Source: Sedimentisphaerales bacterium
Lineage (GTDB): Bacteria > Planctomycetota > Phycisphaerae > Sedimentisphaerales > Anaerobacaceae
DNA length: 64,000 nucleotides
Assembly (NCBI GenBank): GCA_963708075.1
Contig: OY970194.1
Location: forward strand, 4,288,001 to 4,352,000
Direction of reading: 5' to 3'
Numbering within the stretch: position 1 is the stretch's first letter; each line of letters opens with the position of its first letter. This document shows positions 28,470 through 37,632 of the stretch, one piece after another. The translations under genes were made by a program, and so were the position numbers. The notes beneath the pieces are model-generated. The model was not told the DNA's origin and did not search any database. It saw only the letters and a program-made list of their open reading frames with translations.

Positions 28470-31400
28470 ATGGCCAGCAACTCGGATCGTAAGACGGCTG
28501 ACGATTCACGCCAGCCACAGCGTAAATCGAAGCCCCGGCGTCCCCAAGTCCCTCCATCGCCACTCGATGGCAGGACCGCGAAGCGGCGAGCCGGTCCCCA
28601 AGACGTACCTGCGGATAGCCGTCTGCATAGCAAAGTCGTGAACGCTTCTTCGCAGCCGGACAAGAAGAGGAAAAGCGGCCTGAAGATAGTCGGAGACGTG
28701 ACTTGGGGCTCTCACTTCTGCCAGTTTTATGAGACCAAAGAGGACCTGCTGGATGTCCTGGTGCCTTACTTTCGCGCAGGGCTGGAGGCCAACGAGTTCT
28801 GCATGTGGGTGACCTCCGAGCCGCTGTCCGCGGAGGAGGCCAAAGCCGCGTTGGGGGCGGTCGTGCCGGACCTCAAGAAACGGATTGCGGGGGGACAGAT
28901 GGAAATCCTCGATTACCGGCAATGGTACGTGCTCAACGGCAAGTTCAATGCAGACAGGGTGTTACAAGGCTGGGTGGACAGGCTGGAGGCCGCCCTGAAG
29001 CGGGGGTTCGAGGGCTTGCGCCTGACCGGCAGCACGTTCTGGCTGGAAAAAAGTCTCTGGAAAAACTTCTCGGACTATGAGGCCGCGGTGGACAGTGTCA
29101 TCGGCAAGTACCGCATGCTTGCCCTGTGCACGTACTCGCTCTCGAAATGCGGGGCATTCGAGGTGATGGACGTAGTGCGTAACCATCAATTCGCCCTTAT
29201 CCGGCAGGGCAAGCGGTGGGAAATGCTCCAGAGCATGCAGCGGGCGGCGGCTGAATCCGCCCTACGGGAAGTAAACGAGCGTCTCCGGACCCAGTCCGAG
29301 CAGTTGCAGGCCGCCAACGAGGAACTCGACGCACAAGCCGAGGAACTGGCCGCACAGACAGAGGGACTGCGCACGGCCAACGAGGAACTCGCTGCCCGGG
29401 CCGAGGAGTTGCGGGCCGCCAACGAGGAGCTCCAGGCTCAGCAGGAGGAGTTGCAGAGCCAGGCGGAGGAACTGCTGGAAGCTGAGCAGGCTCTGCGCCA
29501 GATGAACGAGGAATTGGAGCATCGGGTCGCTGCGCGTACGGCGGACGTCTCGAAAGCCCACGAGACGGTTAGGGCCGAGCGGCAACGATTCAATGATGTC
29601 CTGGAGACACTGCCGGCTTATCTCGTGCTTCTGACGCCGGACTACCATGTGCCCTTTGCCAACCGATTCTTCCGAGAGCGGTTCGGCGAGTCCCACGGCC
29701 AACGATGCTTCGAGTACCTGTTCCATCGCACCGAGCCCTGTGAGATCTGCGACACATACAAGGTTCTGAAGACGAATGCGCCGCATCGTTGGGAGTGGAC
29801 GGGCCCGGACGGCCGCACCTACGATGTCTATGACTTCCCCTTCACCGACACCGACGGCTCACCCCTCATCATGGAGATGGGCATCGACATCACCGAGGGA
29901 AAGCGCGCCGAAGCGGAGCGTCGCACGGCCGAACGGCTCAAGCTGCTGTCCGATACGGCGGCGAACCTGCTGGCGGCGGAGGATCCGCAGGCCGTCATCG
30001 ATGATCTGTGCCGCAGGGTGACGGAGTACCTGGATTGCCAGGCGTTCTTCAACTTCCTGGTGGACGAACGGACGGGCCGGCTGCGGCTGAACGCCTGTGC
30101 GGGAATCCCGGAAAAAGAGCGCAAGAAGATCGAGTGGCTGGATTCCGACGCGACGGTCCGCGGCTGTGTCGCCCGCGACGGCAAACGAATCATCGCCGAG
30201 CACATCCCCGACAGTGACGATGAGCGAACCGCCCTCGTGAAATCCTATGGGATCAAGGCCTATGCGTGCCATCCCATCCTGGCGGGCGCCAGGGTGCTCG
30301 GGACGTTGTCATTCGGCACAAAGACGCGGGAGACCTTCGCGGAGGATGAGATCGATTTGATGAAGACAGTGACGGATCTGGTGGCGATCGCCGTTCAGCG
30401 ACAGCAGGTGCAGCAAGCCCTGCGCGAGAGCGAGCAGCGCTATCGGAGTCTGTTCGAGCGGATGAACGAAGGGTTCGGCCTGCACGAAATCGTCTGTGAT
30501 GACGAGGGCCGGCCGTGCGACTTCCGCTTCCTCGATGTCAATCCGGCCTTTGAGCAGCTCACCGGGCTCAAGCGAGAGAACATAGTGGGCCGGCTGATCA
30601 GCGAGATCCTTCCCAATGTCGAGCCGTACTGGGTCCAGACCTTCGGCCAAGTCGTCCTCACCGGCGAGCCGGCCCATCTGGAGCAGTATTCGGCGCCGCT
30701 GCAGCGATACTACGACGCGTACGCTTACCGGCCCGCGCCGGGGCAGTTCGCCGTCGTGTTCATGGATGTCACGCAGCGCCGGCATATGGACACGGAGCTG
30801 CGCCGGTTGAATGAGGCGTTGGAGGAGAAAGTGGCCGAGCGGACCCTGCAATTGACGACGACGGTGGACCGGCTGCAGGATGAGGTGGCCCGCCGTGTCC
30901 TGGCGGAGGGCAAGCTGCGAAAGCACTCGCAGATGCTCGAGGGCTTCTTCCAGCACACTATCACGCCACTGGCCTTCCTCGACCGCCGCTTCAACTTCGT
31001 GCGGGTCAACGAGGCCTATGCGCGGGCCGACGGCAAGGACCCGCAGCACTTCGTCGGCAAGAACCACTTCGAGCTCTACCCGCATGAGGAGAACCAGGCG
31101 ATCTTCGAGCGGGTGGTGCGGACGAAGCAGCCATACCGGACCTTTGCCAGGCCGTTCATCTATCCCTACGCCCCCGAACGAGGCACCACCTACTGGAACT
31201 GGCAGTTGACCCCTCTGCTGAACAGTGCGGGCGAGGTGCAGTCGCTCGTGCTCAACCTCGAGGATGTCACGGAACAGCAGAAAGCGTACCAGGAGCTGGA
31301 GCATCGAACCCGCCAGCTTCAGCACCTGGCGATGGAGCTGTCGCAGGCGGAGGACCGCGAGCGCAAGCGCCTGGCGGAAATCCTGCACGACGACCTGCAG

Positions 31401-32414
31401 CAGATCCTGGCGGCGGCAAAATTCCACCTTGGGATCCTGAGCGGCCGGATCAAAGGCGACGAATCCGCGCGAGAGCTGACCGGCCAGCTCAACGAGATGC
31501 TCAAGGATGCGATCGACACGTCCCGCAGCCTGTCGCATGAGCTGAGCCCCGCGGTGCTCTACCAGGGCGACCTGGGCGAGACGTTCGAATGGCTGGCCCA
31601 GGAGCTTCAGGCGAAGCATGGCCTGATGGTGCACGTGGAGGCGCACGGGCGCGTGGATTCACCATCCGAGGCGTTGAAGCCCTTCCTCTATCGAACTGCC
31701 CAGGAGATGCTCTTCAACGTCGTCAAGCACGCCAGGGTCCACGAGGCGAGGCTGCGAATCAAACGCACGCGCGGGCAGTTGCGGCTGACCATCTCCGATC
31801 AGGGCAAGGGCTTCGATCCCAAGACCCTCGGCAGGACCGCCGGATTTGGATTGCTGAGCATCCGGGAGCGCGTCGAGCTGCTCGGTGGGCGGATGAAAAT
31901 CTGGAGCGCCCCCAACCGAGGCAGCACGTTCCTCATTGCTGTGCCCGACCCGCAGGAAGCGGAACTGGCGGAGGCACAGGTTGTGCAAACCGATTCGCGC
32001 ACATGGCCGGCGAAACGGAAGCACCCGGAGCCCAAGAGCGAGGAGCGACTGCGCGTCCTGCTCGTGGACGACCACAAGGTCATGCGGGAGGGCCTGGCCA
32101 GCCTGCTCGACGAACAGCCGGATATGGACGTGGTCGGCCAGGCAGGCAACGGCCGCGAAGCCGTCGATCTGGCTCACAAGCTCCAGCCCCACATCATTAT
32201 CATGGATGCTTCGATGCCCGTGATGCCCGGCGATGAGGCCACACGCCAGATCAAGCTGCACCTGCCGAAAATCCGTGTCATTGCGCTGTCGATGTTCGAT
32301 GAGCCGCAGATGTCCAGGAAGATGCGCAGGGCCGGGGCTGAGGCGTACCTGCTGAAGACCGCACCCTCCGAGGAACTGCTGGCCGCCATCCGCGGCATGC
32401 GGGCCGGAGCGTAG
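28470..32414 (+). CDS. Hybrid sensor kinase: MEDS, coiled coil, PAS, GAF, PAS, PAS, HisKA_3, HATPase, REC
   Basis: WGSHFCQFYETKEDL (MEDS), ERKRLAEILHDDLQQ, NVVKHA, DQGKGF, GFGLLSIRER, VLLVDDH; start uncertain. Confidence 0.9.
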   Translation: MASNSDRKTADDSRQPQRKSKPRRPQVPPSPLDGRTAKRRAGPQDVPADSRLHSKVVNASSQPDKKRKSGLKIVGDVTWGSHFCQFYETKEDLLDVLVPYFRAGLEANEFCMWVTSEPLSAEEAKAALGAVVPDLKKRIAGGQMEILDYRQWYVLNGKFNADRVLQGWVDRLEAALKRGFEGLRLTGSTFWLEKSLWKNFSDYEAAVDSVIGKYRMLALCTYSLSKCGAFEVMDVVRNHQFALIRQGKRWEMLQSMQRAAAESALREVNERLRTQSEQLQAANEELDAQAEELAAQTEGLRTANEELAARAEELRAANEELQAQQEELQSQAEELLEAEQALRQMNEELEHRVAARTADVSKAHETVRAERQRFNDVLETLPAYLVLLTPDYHVPFANRFFRERFGESHGQRCFEYLFHRTEPCEICDTYKVLKTNAPHRWEWTGPDGRTYDVYDFPFTDTDGSPLIMEMGIDITEGKRAEAERRTAERLKLLSDTAANLLAAEDPQAVIDDLCRRVTEYLDCQAFFNFLVDERTGRLRLNACAGIPEKERKKIEWLDSDATVRGCVARDGKRIIAEHIPDSDDERTALVKSYGIKAYACHPILAGARVLGTLSFGTKTRETFAEDEIDLMKTVTDLVAIAVQRQQVQQALRESEQRYRSLFERMNEGFGLHEIVCDDEGRPCDFRFLDVNPAFEQLTGLKRENIVGRLISEILPNVEPYWVQTFGQVVLTGEPAHLEQYSAPLQRYYDAYAYRPAPGQFAVVFMDVTQRRHMDTELRRLNEALEEKVAERTLQLTTTVDRLQDEVARRVLAEGKLRKHSQMLEGFFQHTITPLAFLDRRFNFVRVNEAYARADGKDPQHFVGKNHFELYPHEENQAIFERVVRTKQPYRTFARPFIYPYAPERGTTYWNWQLTPLLNSAGEVQSLVLNLEDVTEQQKAYQELEHRTRQLQHLAMELSQAEDRERKRLAEILHDDLQQILAAAKFHLGILSGRIKGDESARELTGQLNEMLKDAIDTSRSLSHELSPAVLYQGDLGETFEWLAQELQAKHGLMVHVEAHGRVDSPSEALKPFLYRTAQEMLFNVVKHARVHEARLRIKRTRGQLRLTISDQGKGFDPKTLGRTAGFGLLSIRERVELLGGRMKIWSAPNRGSTFLIAVPDPQEAELAEAQVVQTDSRTWPAKRKHPEPKSEERLRVLLVDDHKVMREGLASLLDEQPDMDVVGQAGNGREAVDLAHKLQPHIIIMDASMPVMPGDEATRQIKLHLPKIRVIALSMFDEPQMSRKMRRAGAEAYLLKTAPSEELLAAIRGMRAGA

Positions 32415-32441
32415 GACTAATGAGACGAATAGGACCTGTGA

Positions 32442-33416
32442 TCAGGAACCGCAGGGGATGGCGTCGCGGCGCTGCTTGAGCTCCCGCCAGGTCGTCAGGA
32501 CGATCCCTTTGTCCTTGATGAAGGCACGCACCTCGGGATCGGTCATCAGACGCAGCTCGGCCTCGCGGGCCTTGCCCGAGCCGGAGATGTGCTGGAACAC
32601 CTCCGTCGGGGCGGTGCAGTGGACGATGATCTGGGTGATGCCGGGCTTCATGTCGCCGAGCAACTGGAGCAACTCCGCTTTCCTCTGATCATAAGTCTCG
32701 CCGTTGGTGGGCTGCGTCACGAGATCGTCAATTACCGGCAGCCCCGCCTGCCAGATCCTCTCGGCCAGCATGTGAATCAAAGGCTTGAACTCCGCCGCTT
32801 CAGCGCCGATGTGCTGCATGTGCCCGCCGAACATCAGGACCGGGATCTTCTTCTCGATACCCACTTTGATGTATCGCTCCACGTACAACTGATGAAAGCA
32901 GGTGCCCATGTGGCTGTCCAGGTGGGTGGGCTGGATGCCCAGGGCCAGGGCCTTATCGACCTGGGCGCGAATCTCGGTCTCCAATTCATCCGGCGAGGCA
33001 TGGTTGACCACGTCGAGGACGCCGCGCCAGAGACAGCCCTGCTCGTCCACGAGGCCGGGCACGGCCGGCTTACCGGCGACGGGGCCCCAGCGGTAATTCT
33101 TCCACTCCGCCGTGAGTGTCAGGTGAACTCCGGCATCTACTTGTGGGTGCTCCTTCAGGTAGGCGGCGAACTGCGGGACCCACGGGCACGGCATCATGAT
33201 GCTCGTGGAGGTCGCGACACCGCCCTCCAAGGCCTGGATCGTCCCCATATTGGAGTCGTACGACATGCCCGCGTCGTCCACGTGGAAGATGACGGCCTTC
33301 GTGCCGGCGGGCCAGCCCAGCCGCTCTGCATACGTGACTTCGCCCGCCCCCATGGCCAAACTCGCCGAGACAGCAGCCAGAACCAAGACTGTCCAAAGCG
33401 TCTCTCTCAATGGCAT
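32442..33416 (-). CDS. YdjC/ChbG-family carbohydrate deacetylase, secreted
   Basis: Signal peptide, HVDDAG, GVHLTL, HLDSHM. Confidence 0.88.
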   Translation of the reverse strand: MPLRETLWTVLVLAAVSASLAMGAGEVTYAERLGWPAGTKAVIFHVDDAGMSYDSNMGTIQALEGGVATSTSIMMPCPWVPQFAAYLKEHPQVDAGVHLTLTAEWKNYRWGPVAGKPAVPGLVDEQGCLWRGVLDVVNHASPDELETEIRAQVDKALALGIQPTHLDSHMGTCFHQLYVERYIKVGIEKKIPVLMFGGHMQHIGAEAAEFKPLIHMLAERIWQAGLPVIDDLVTQPTNGETYDQRKAELLQLLGDMKPGITQIIVHCTAPTEVFQHISGSGKAREAELRLMTDPEVRAFIKDKGIVLTTWRELKQRRDAIPCGS

Positions 33417-33740
33417 CGATCACTCCTTTCATTCAGGACCTGAGGTACACGCCTGCCCGCCCGGGCAGATGCACCATAATTCCCGCTCTTGCAGGAGAAT
33501 AGCGTTCCATGAGTCCGGAACCTATTCTACCACAGGGTCGCGCCGATGTCACGTTTGTGCCCCCGGATGAACAGACAGGCTGTACGACAGGATTGTCGCA
33601 GAGCATGTATGTGGCTCGTGGGTGGCAGCGTCAGGCGCAGCTTGGCGATGGTCTCTGTGAGACACGGTGCAACCATCGCCAAGGCCTTCGGCCTTGATGC
33701 TGCCATCCATGTATAGAGAGCTTTCCAGGAAGATTGCCAA

Positions 33741-34103
33741 TCAGGTGTTCTTGCCCAGTGCCCCGGCCAGCTCCGCGAGGCGGAGTTCCAGCCGTTTGAT
33801 CTCCCGCTTGATGCTGTTCCTGTGGATCATTTGCCAGGCGAAGACCTTCATCAGGCCGATGCCGTTGAAACAGCAGATGAAGATCGTCGCAAACAGGACC
33901 TCGTGCTTCGTATCCGTGACCCGGAAGAACCTGACGGCGCTGTAGATCGCCAGGATCAGGAAGGCCAGCCCGATCACCCAGATGAACACCGCCACGGCAC
34001 GCATTCGCGGGCTGTAGAACTCGCTGAGCATCCATAGGATCGAATCTTCCCCGGAGTCGTTGTGCATGGGATCGACGACCCGTTTTGCACTCCCGTCACT
34101 CAT
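33741..34103 (-). CDS. Two-TM membrane protein (DUF6768-like)
   Basis: Two hydrophobic helices then KREIKRLELRL; AAGGAG RBS. Confidence 0.7.
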   Translation of the reverse strand: MSDGSAKRVVDPMHNDSGEDSILWMLSEFYSPRMRAVAVFIWVIGLAFLILAIYSAVRFFRVTDTKHEVLFATIFICCFNGIGLMKVFAWQMIHRNSIKREIKRLELRLAELAGALGKNT

Positions 34104-34295
34104 CTTCGTCTCCTTTCGTTGACTCCCGCGATCTGTCTTGCCATATCCTCCACCCGCGTTGCCCGTCCGGCCATTCATCATTGTGCGGAAAAGCGGCGCA
34201 AAATCCACGATAGAGATCGCCTGTCCGCGTTTTTTGGCTTGTTTTTCGCACCCGGTTTCGTAGAATCAGTGGGCCACACGGTTTCCGTGAGCCGT

Positions 34296-34382
34296 GGAGA
34301 GGTGTCAGAGCGGCTTATCGAGCGGTCTTGGAAAGGCCGTGTAGGGTTTACCCTACCGCGGGTTCGAATCCCGCCCTCTCCG
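34296..34382 (+). tRNA. tRNA-Ser (GGA)
   Basis: GGAGAGG/CCTCTCC acceptor stem, anticodon loop TTGGAAA, long variable arm, GGTTCGAATCC; CCA not encoded. Confidence 0.97.
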
Positions 34383-34461
34383 GTACAATTGAGACTTCTG
34401 CCGGGGCCTTCCCGGCCGACAGCAAAATGAGCTTCCAGCGGAATCAATTGAGGGGGTAGTT

Positions 34462-35454
34462 ATGAGAACGGTTTGCATAGCAGCACTCGTGCTCGTCGCC
34501 ACAATTGTGTGCAATCTTCAGGCCGAGCCATCATCTTCGCTTACCCTGGTTCAAAAAATCCCCTTGCTGAATGTCAAGGGCCGGATCGACCACATGGCAA
34601 TCGACCTGCAGGGCAGGCGGCTGTTCGTCGCGGCCCTGGGCAACGACACCATGGAGGTCGTCGATCTGAAGGCGGGCAGGCAGGCACGCACAATCAGCGG
34701 CCTGGCTGAGCCGCAAGGAATATTGTTCCTGCCGGAGAAGAACCGAATCTACATCACCAACGGCCGGACCGGCGATTGCCAGATCCTCGACGGCGAATCC
34801 TTCCAGGTCATAAACACCCTGCGGTTCGCAGATGATCCGGACAACATCCGGTACGACCTCTCCGCCGGTCGCATCTATGTCGGCTATGGCTCCGGCGCCA
34901 TCGGCGTGATTGATGCCGCAACCGAGAAGCGGCTGGGGGACATCAAGCTCGGCGGGCACCCGGAGTCCTTCCAAATTGAAAAAGACACCGGCAGAATTTT
35001 CGTCAACGTCCCTTCCGCCAAACAGATCGAAGTCCTGGACAGCAAGGCACTGAAGGCGGAAGCCACCTGGCCTCTCACGCAAGTGCAAGAGAACTTCCCC
35101 ATGGCCCTGGACAATGCCAATCACCGGCTGTTCGTCGGGACGAGGAAGCCGCCGAAGCTGCTGGTGCTCGATACCCGGTCGGGCAAGCTCGTGCAAAAGC
35201 TGACTATCGACGGCACGACCGATGGCGTCTTCTACGACGCGGCACACAAACGCATCTATGTCTCCTGCGGAGCCGGCTTGCTCGACGTGGTCCAGCAGAA
35301 AGATGCGTCCGAGTACGCCGTGTCGGAAAGAATCCCCACGGCGGCCGGCGCACGGACTTGCCTGTTCGCGCCGGAACTTGCCACTATCTATCTTGCCGTG
35401 CCCGCTCAGACGGCTCGTGACGCGGCCATCCACGCTTACGAAATCAAGCCGTGA
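34462..35454 (+). CDS. Secreted YVTN/YncE-like beta-propeller protein
   Basis: Signal peptide, GRIDHMAID, repeated LFVA/IYIT/IYVG/IFVN blades. Confidence 0.8.
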   Translation: MRTVCIAALVLVATIVCNLQAEPSSSLTLVQKIPLLNVKGRIDHMAIDLQGRRLFVAALGNDTMEVVDLKAGRQARTISGLAEPQGILFLPEKNRIYITNGRTGDCQILDGESFQVINTLRFADDPDNIRYDLSAGRIYVGYGSGAIGVIDAATEKRLGDIKLGGHPESFQIEKDTGRIFVNVPSAKQIEVLDSKALKAEATWPLTQVQENFPMALDNANHRLFVGTRKPPKLLVLDTRSGKLVQKLTIDGTTDGVFYDAAHKRIYVSCGAGLLDVVQQKDASEYAVSERIPTAAGARTCLFAPELATIYLAVPAQTARDAAIHAYEIKP

Positions 35455-36629
35455 TGAAGGAAAACGAAAAACCTGTCTATTCGCTTCGACAACTGCTCCT
35501 GTACTTCCTGAAATTGGGCGCAACCGGTTTTGGCGGCCCGATTGCCCTGATAGGATACATGCACCGGGACCTCGTCGAAGGAAGGAAGTGGATTGGCGAG
35601 AATGACTACCGGGATGGCATTGCTCTGGCGGAGCTGGCGCCGGGGCCTCTGGCGGCGCAGACCGCCATGTATCTGGGATACGTGCACTACCGCATCATCG
35701 GGGCGACTTTGGCGGGGCTCGCCTTCATCTTGCCCTCGTTCCTCATGGTGGTCGGTTTAGGGATCGCCTACAAAGCTTATGGCGGATTGGCTTGGATGCA
35801 GGCCGTCTTTTACGGCGTCAGCGCCAGCATCGTGGGGATTATCCTCGTCAGCGCGTACCGTTTGACGAGAAAGACCATCGCGAGAGATTGGTTGCTTTGG
35901 TTTATCTATGGGGTCGCGGCACTGTTTACCGTGATCAGCGAATCGGAGCAGGTGATGGTCTTTCTGGCTGCCGGTGTTCTGGCCTGGTTGGTCAAAGCGC
36001 CTCCGAAGATGCCGCAGCGCCAAGGAAGAAATCGGACCTGGCTGATCGCATTGCCCCCGATTTGGGCGGCCGCGCAGCAGGTGGCGGTGAATACGCAATC
36101 CTTGTGGACGCTCTTTGCTTTTTTTGCCAAGGCGGGTGCTTTTGTATTCGGCAGCGGGCTGGCGATCGTTCCGTTTCTTTATGGGGGCGTCGTCAAACAG
36201 TATCACTGGCTTTCCGACCGTGAATTCATTGATGCCGTAGCGGTCGCGATGATTACCCCCGGTCCCGTCGTTATCACTGTGGGGTTCATTGGTTTTCTTG
36301 TGTCGGGCTTGCCTGGAGCCGTGGTCGCGGCGCTCGGGACGTTCCTGCCCTGCTATCTATTCACCGTCATTCCTGCACCCTATTTCAAGAAGCATGGGAA
36401 GAGGGCGGACGTAGCCGCCTTTGTAAACGGAGTGACGGCAGCCGCAATCGGAGCGATTTCCGGCGCAGCGGTCATTCTGATCCGAAAAACGATCGTTGAC
36501 GAGATCACGGCCGCGGTTGCCATAGGCAGCGTGGTTCTGCTGGTGAGGACAAAAAAAATCCCCGAGCCCATGATTGTTCTGATTGCCGCCTTGGTCGGAT
36601 TAGTGGCGAAATCCTGGGCGTCGCGATGA
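35454..36629 (+). CDS. chrA: Chromate ion transporter (long-chain CHR)
   Basis: GATGFGGP, LAPGP, FVFGSG, ITPGPV duplicated halves. Confidence 0.9.
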   Translation: MKENEKPVYSLRQLLLYFLKLGATGFGGPIALIGYMHRDLVEGRKWIGENDYRDGIALAELAPGPLAAQTAMYLGYVHYRIIGATLAGLAFILPSFLMVVGLGIAYKAYGGLAWMQAVFYGVSASIVGIILVSAYRLTRKTIARDWLLWFIYGVAALFTVISESEQVMVFLAAGVLAWLVKAPPKMPQRQGRNRTWLIALPPIWAAAQQVAVNTQSLWTLFAFFAKAGAFVFGSGLAIVPFLYGGVVKQYHWLSDREFIDAVAVAMITPGPVVITVGFIGFLVSGLPGAVVAALGTFLPCYLFTVIPAPYFKKHGKRADVAAFVNGVTAAAIGAISGAAVILIRKTIVDEITAAVAIGSVVLLVRTKKIPEPMIVLIAALVGLVAKSWASR

Positions 36630-36934
36630 GGATTGTCCGAGGGCGCCGATAGACGCACCGCCTGTTTTCGAGTACTTTCTTCCGGGGTGCGGTAGCGGCG
36701 CAGTCGATTCTGCGCCCGCGTGAAGGGGGATCGGATGTGACGGAATTCCGAGCTCGTGGTGGCAGGGTCATCCGCCGGGGGCTGTATCTGGAGTTTACGT
36801 TGACGGTCGTGCTGACCTTTTGTGCCTGGCTCTCTTGATGCGGCCGAGGTGCGAGGATTGGCACCCAAGCGCCGGCGAGGGGCTTGGGCAGCGGGCTGAA
36901 TGTCCCCACTGCATGCCGTACGGGCTTCTCCTTC

Positions 36935-37381
36935 TCAGGCCTCTTTGTCCTTCGCCCATCCGTGCTCCGGATACAGGAATTCAGGGATGCGGCGGAGTTT
37001 GCCCTGGCCGTCCACACAGGCCAGAACGCTGTAGCCTTCGGCCAGCACCACGCCGGTGCCCGGCCGGGTCAGTTTGTACGTGTGCTCAACCTTGCCGGGA
37101 GTCACGTTCGAGCACGTGGTCTCCAGAAGCAGTTGCTCATCGTAGAAGGCCGGCCGGCGGTACTTGACCCGCAACTCGACCATGACGAAAAAGGTCCCCT
37201 GGGCCTCCAAGTCCCTGTAGGCGACGCCATTGGCCCGAAGCAACTCGGTCCGGCCCATCTCGAACCAGATAGGGTAGACGCTGTGGTGGATGATGCCGCC
37301 TTTGTCCGTCTCGGCGTACCGCGGGACCACCGTGATCGTGTGACTCTGAATTGTCAGCCGTTTGGGAAATTCCATATCCAT
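36935..37381 (-). CDS. YbgC/FadM-family acyl-CoA thioesterase
   Basis: PRYAETDKGGIIHHSVYPIWFEMGRTE. Confidence 0.9.
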   Translation of the reverse strand: MDMEFPKRLTIQSHTITVVPRYAETDKGGIIHHSVYPIWFEMGRTELLRANGVAYRDLEAQGTFFVMVELRVKYRRPAFYDEQLLLETTCSNVTPGKVEHTYKLTRPGTGVVLAEGYSVLACVDGQGKLRRIPEFLYPEHGWAKDKEA

Positions 37382-37545
37382 TCGCCGGGCAGAATACCAG
37401 ATACCCCGGCGTTTGCATAGCCTCTCCAATGGACAAGGGTGTCCTGCCGCGAGGTGCCACCGCGCCACAAAACGCGGTCACGAGGGTGGAAAAATTCAGC
37501 AAGATTTTTCTTTACGGAACCGGGTGGAAGCGGTATATTCAGAGT

Positions 37546-37632
37546 GTAGTAAGAGAATAGCAGGTTGAGCCCTCAAGCCCCTGCGTGTTATCTCGCTTTT
37601 CCTCTCCCTCCGCCGCGCAGGGGCTTCTTTAT
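37546..37632 (+). ncRNA. Candidate small RNA with C/U-rich loop
   Basis: TTTACG-N17-TATATT (37511-37539); 11-bp stem 37575-37585/37616-37626; T-rich tail; no downstream plus-strand gene. Confidence 0.4.

Noticed and set aside
34296..36629. Genomic island integrated at tRNA-Ser
   Set aside because: No duplicated tRNA 3' end and no integrase found
36630..36934. Possible small gene between chrA and the thioesterase
   Set aside because: No frame gave a recognisable or compositionally convincing protein
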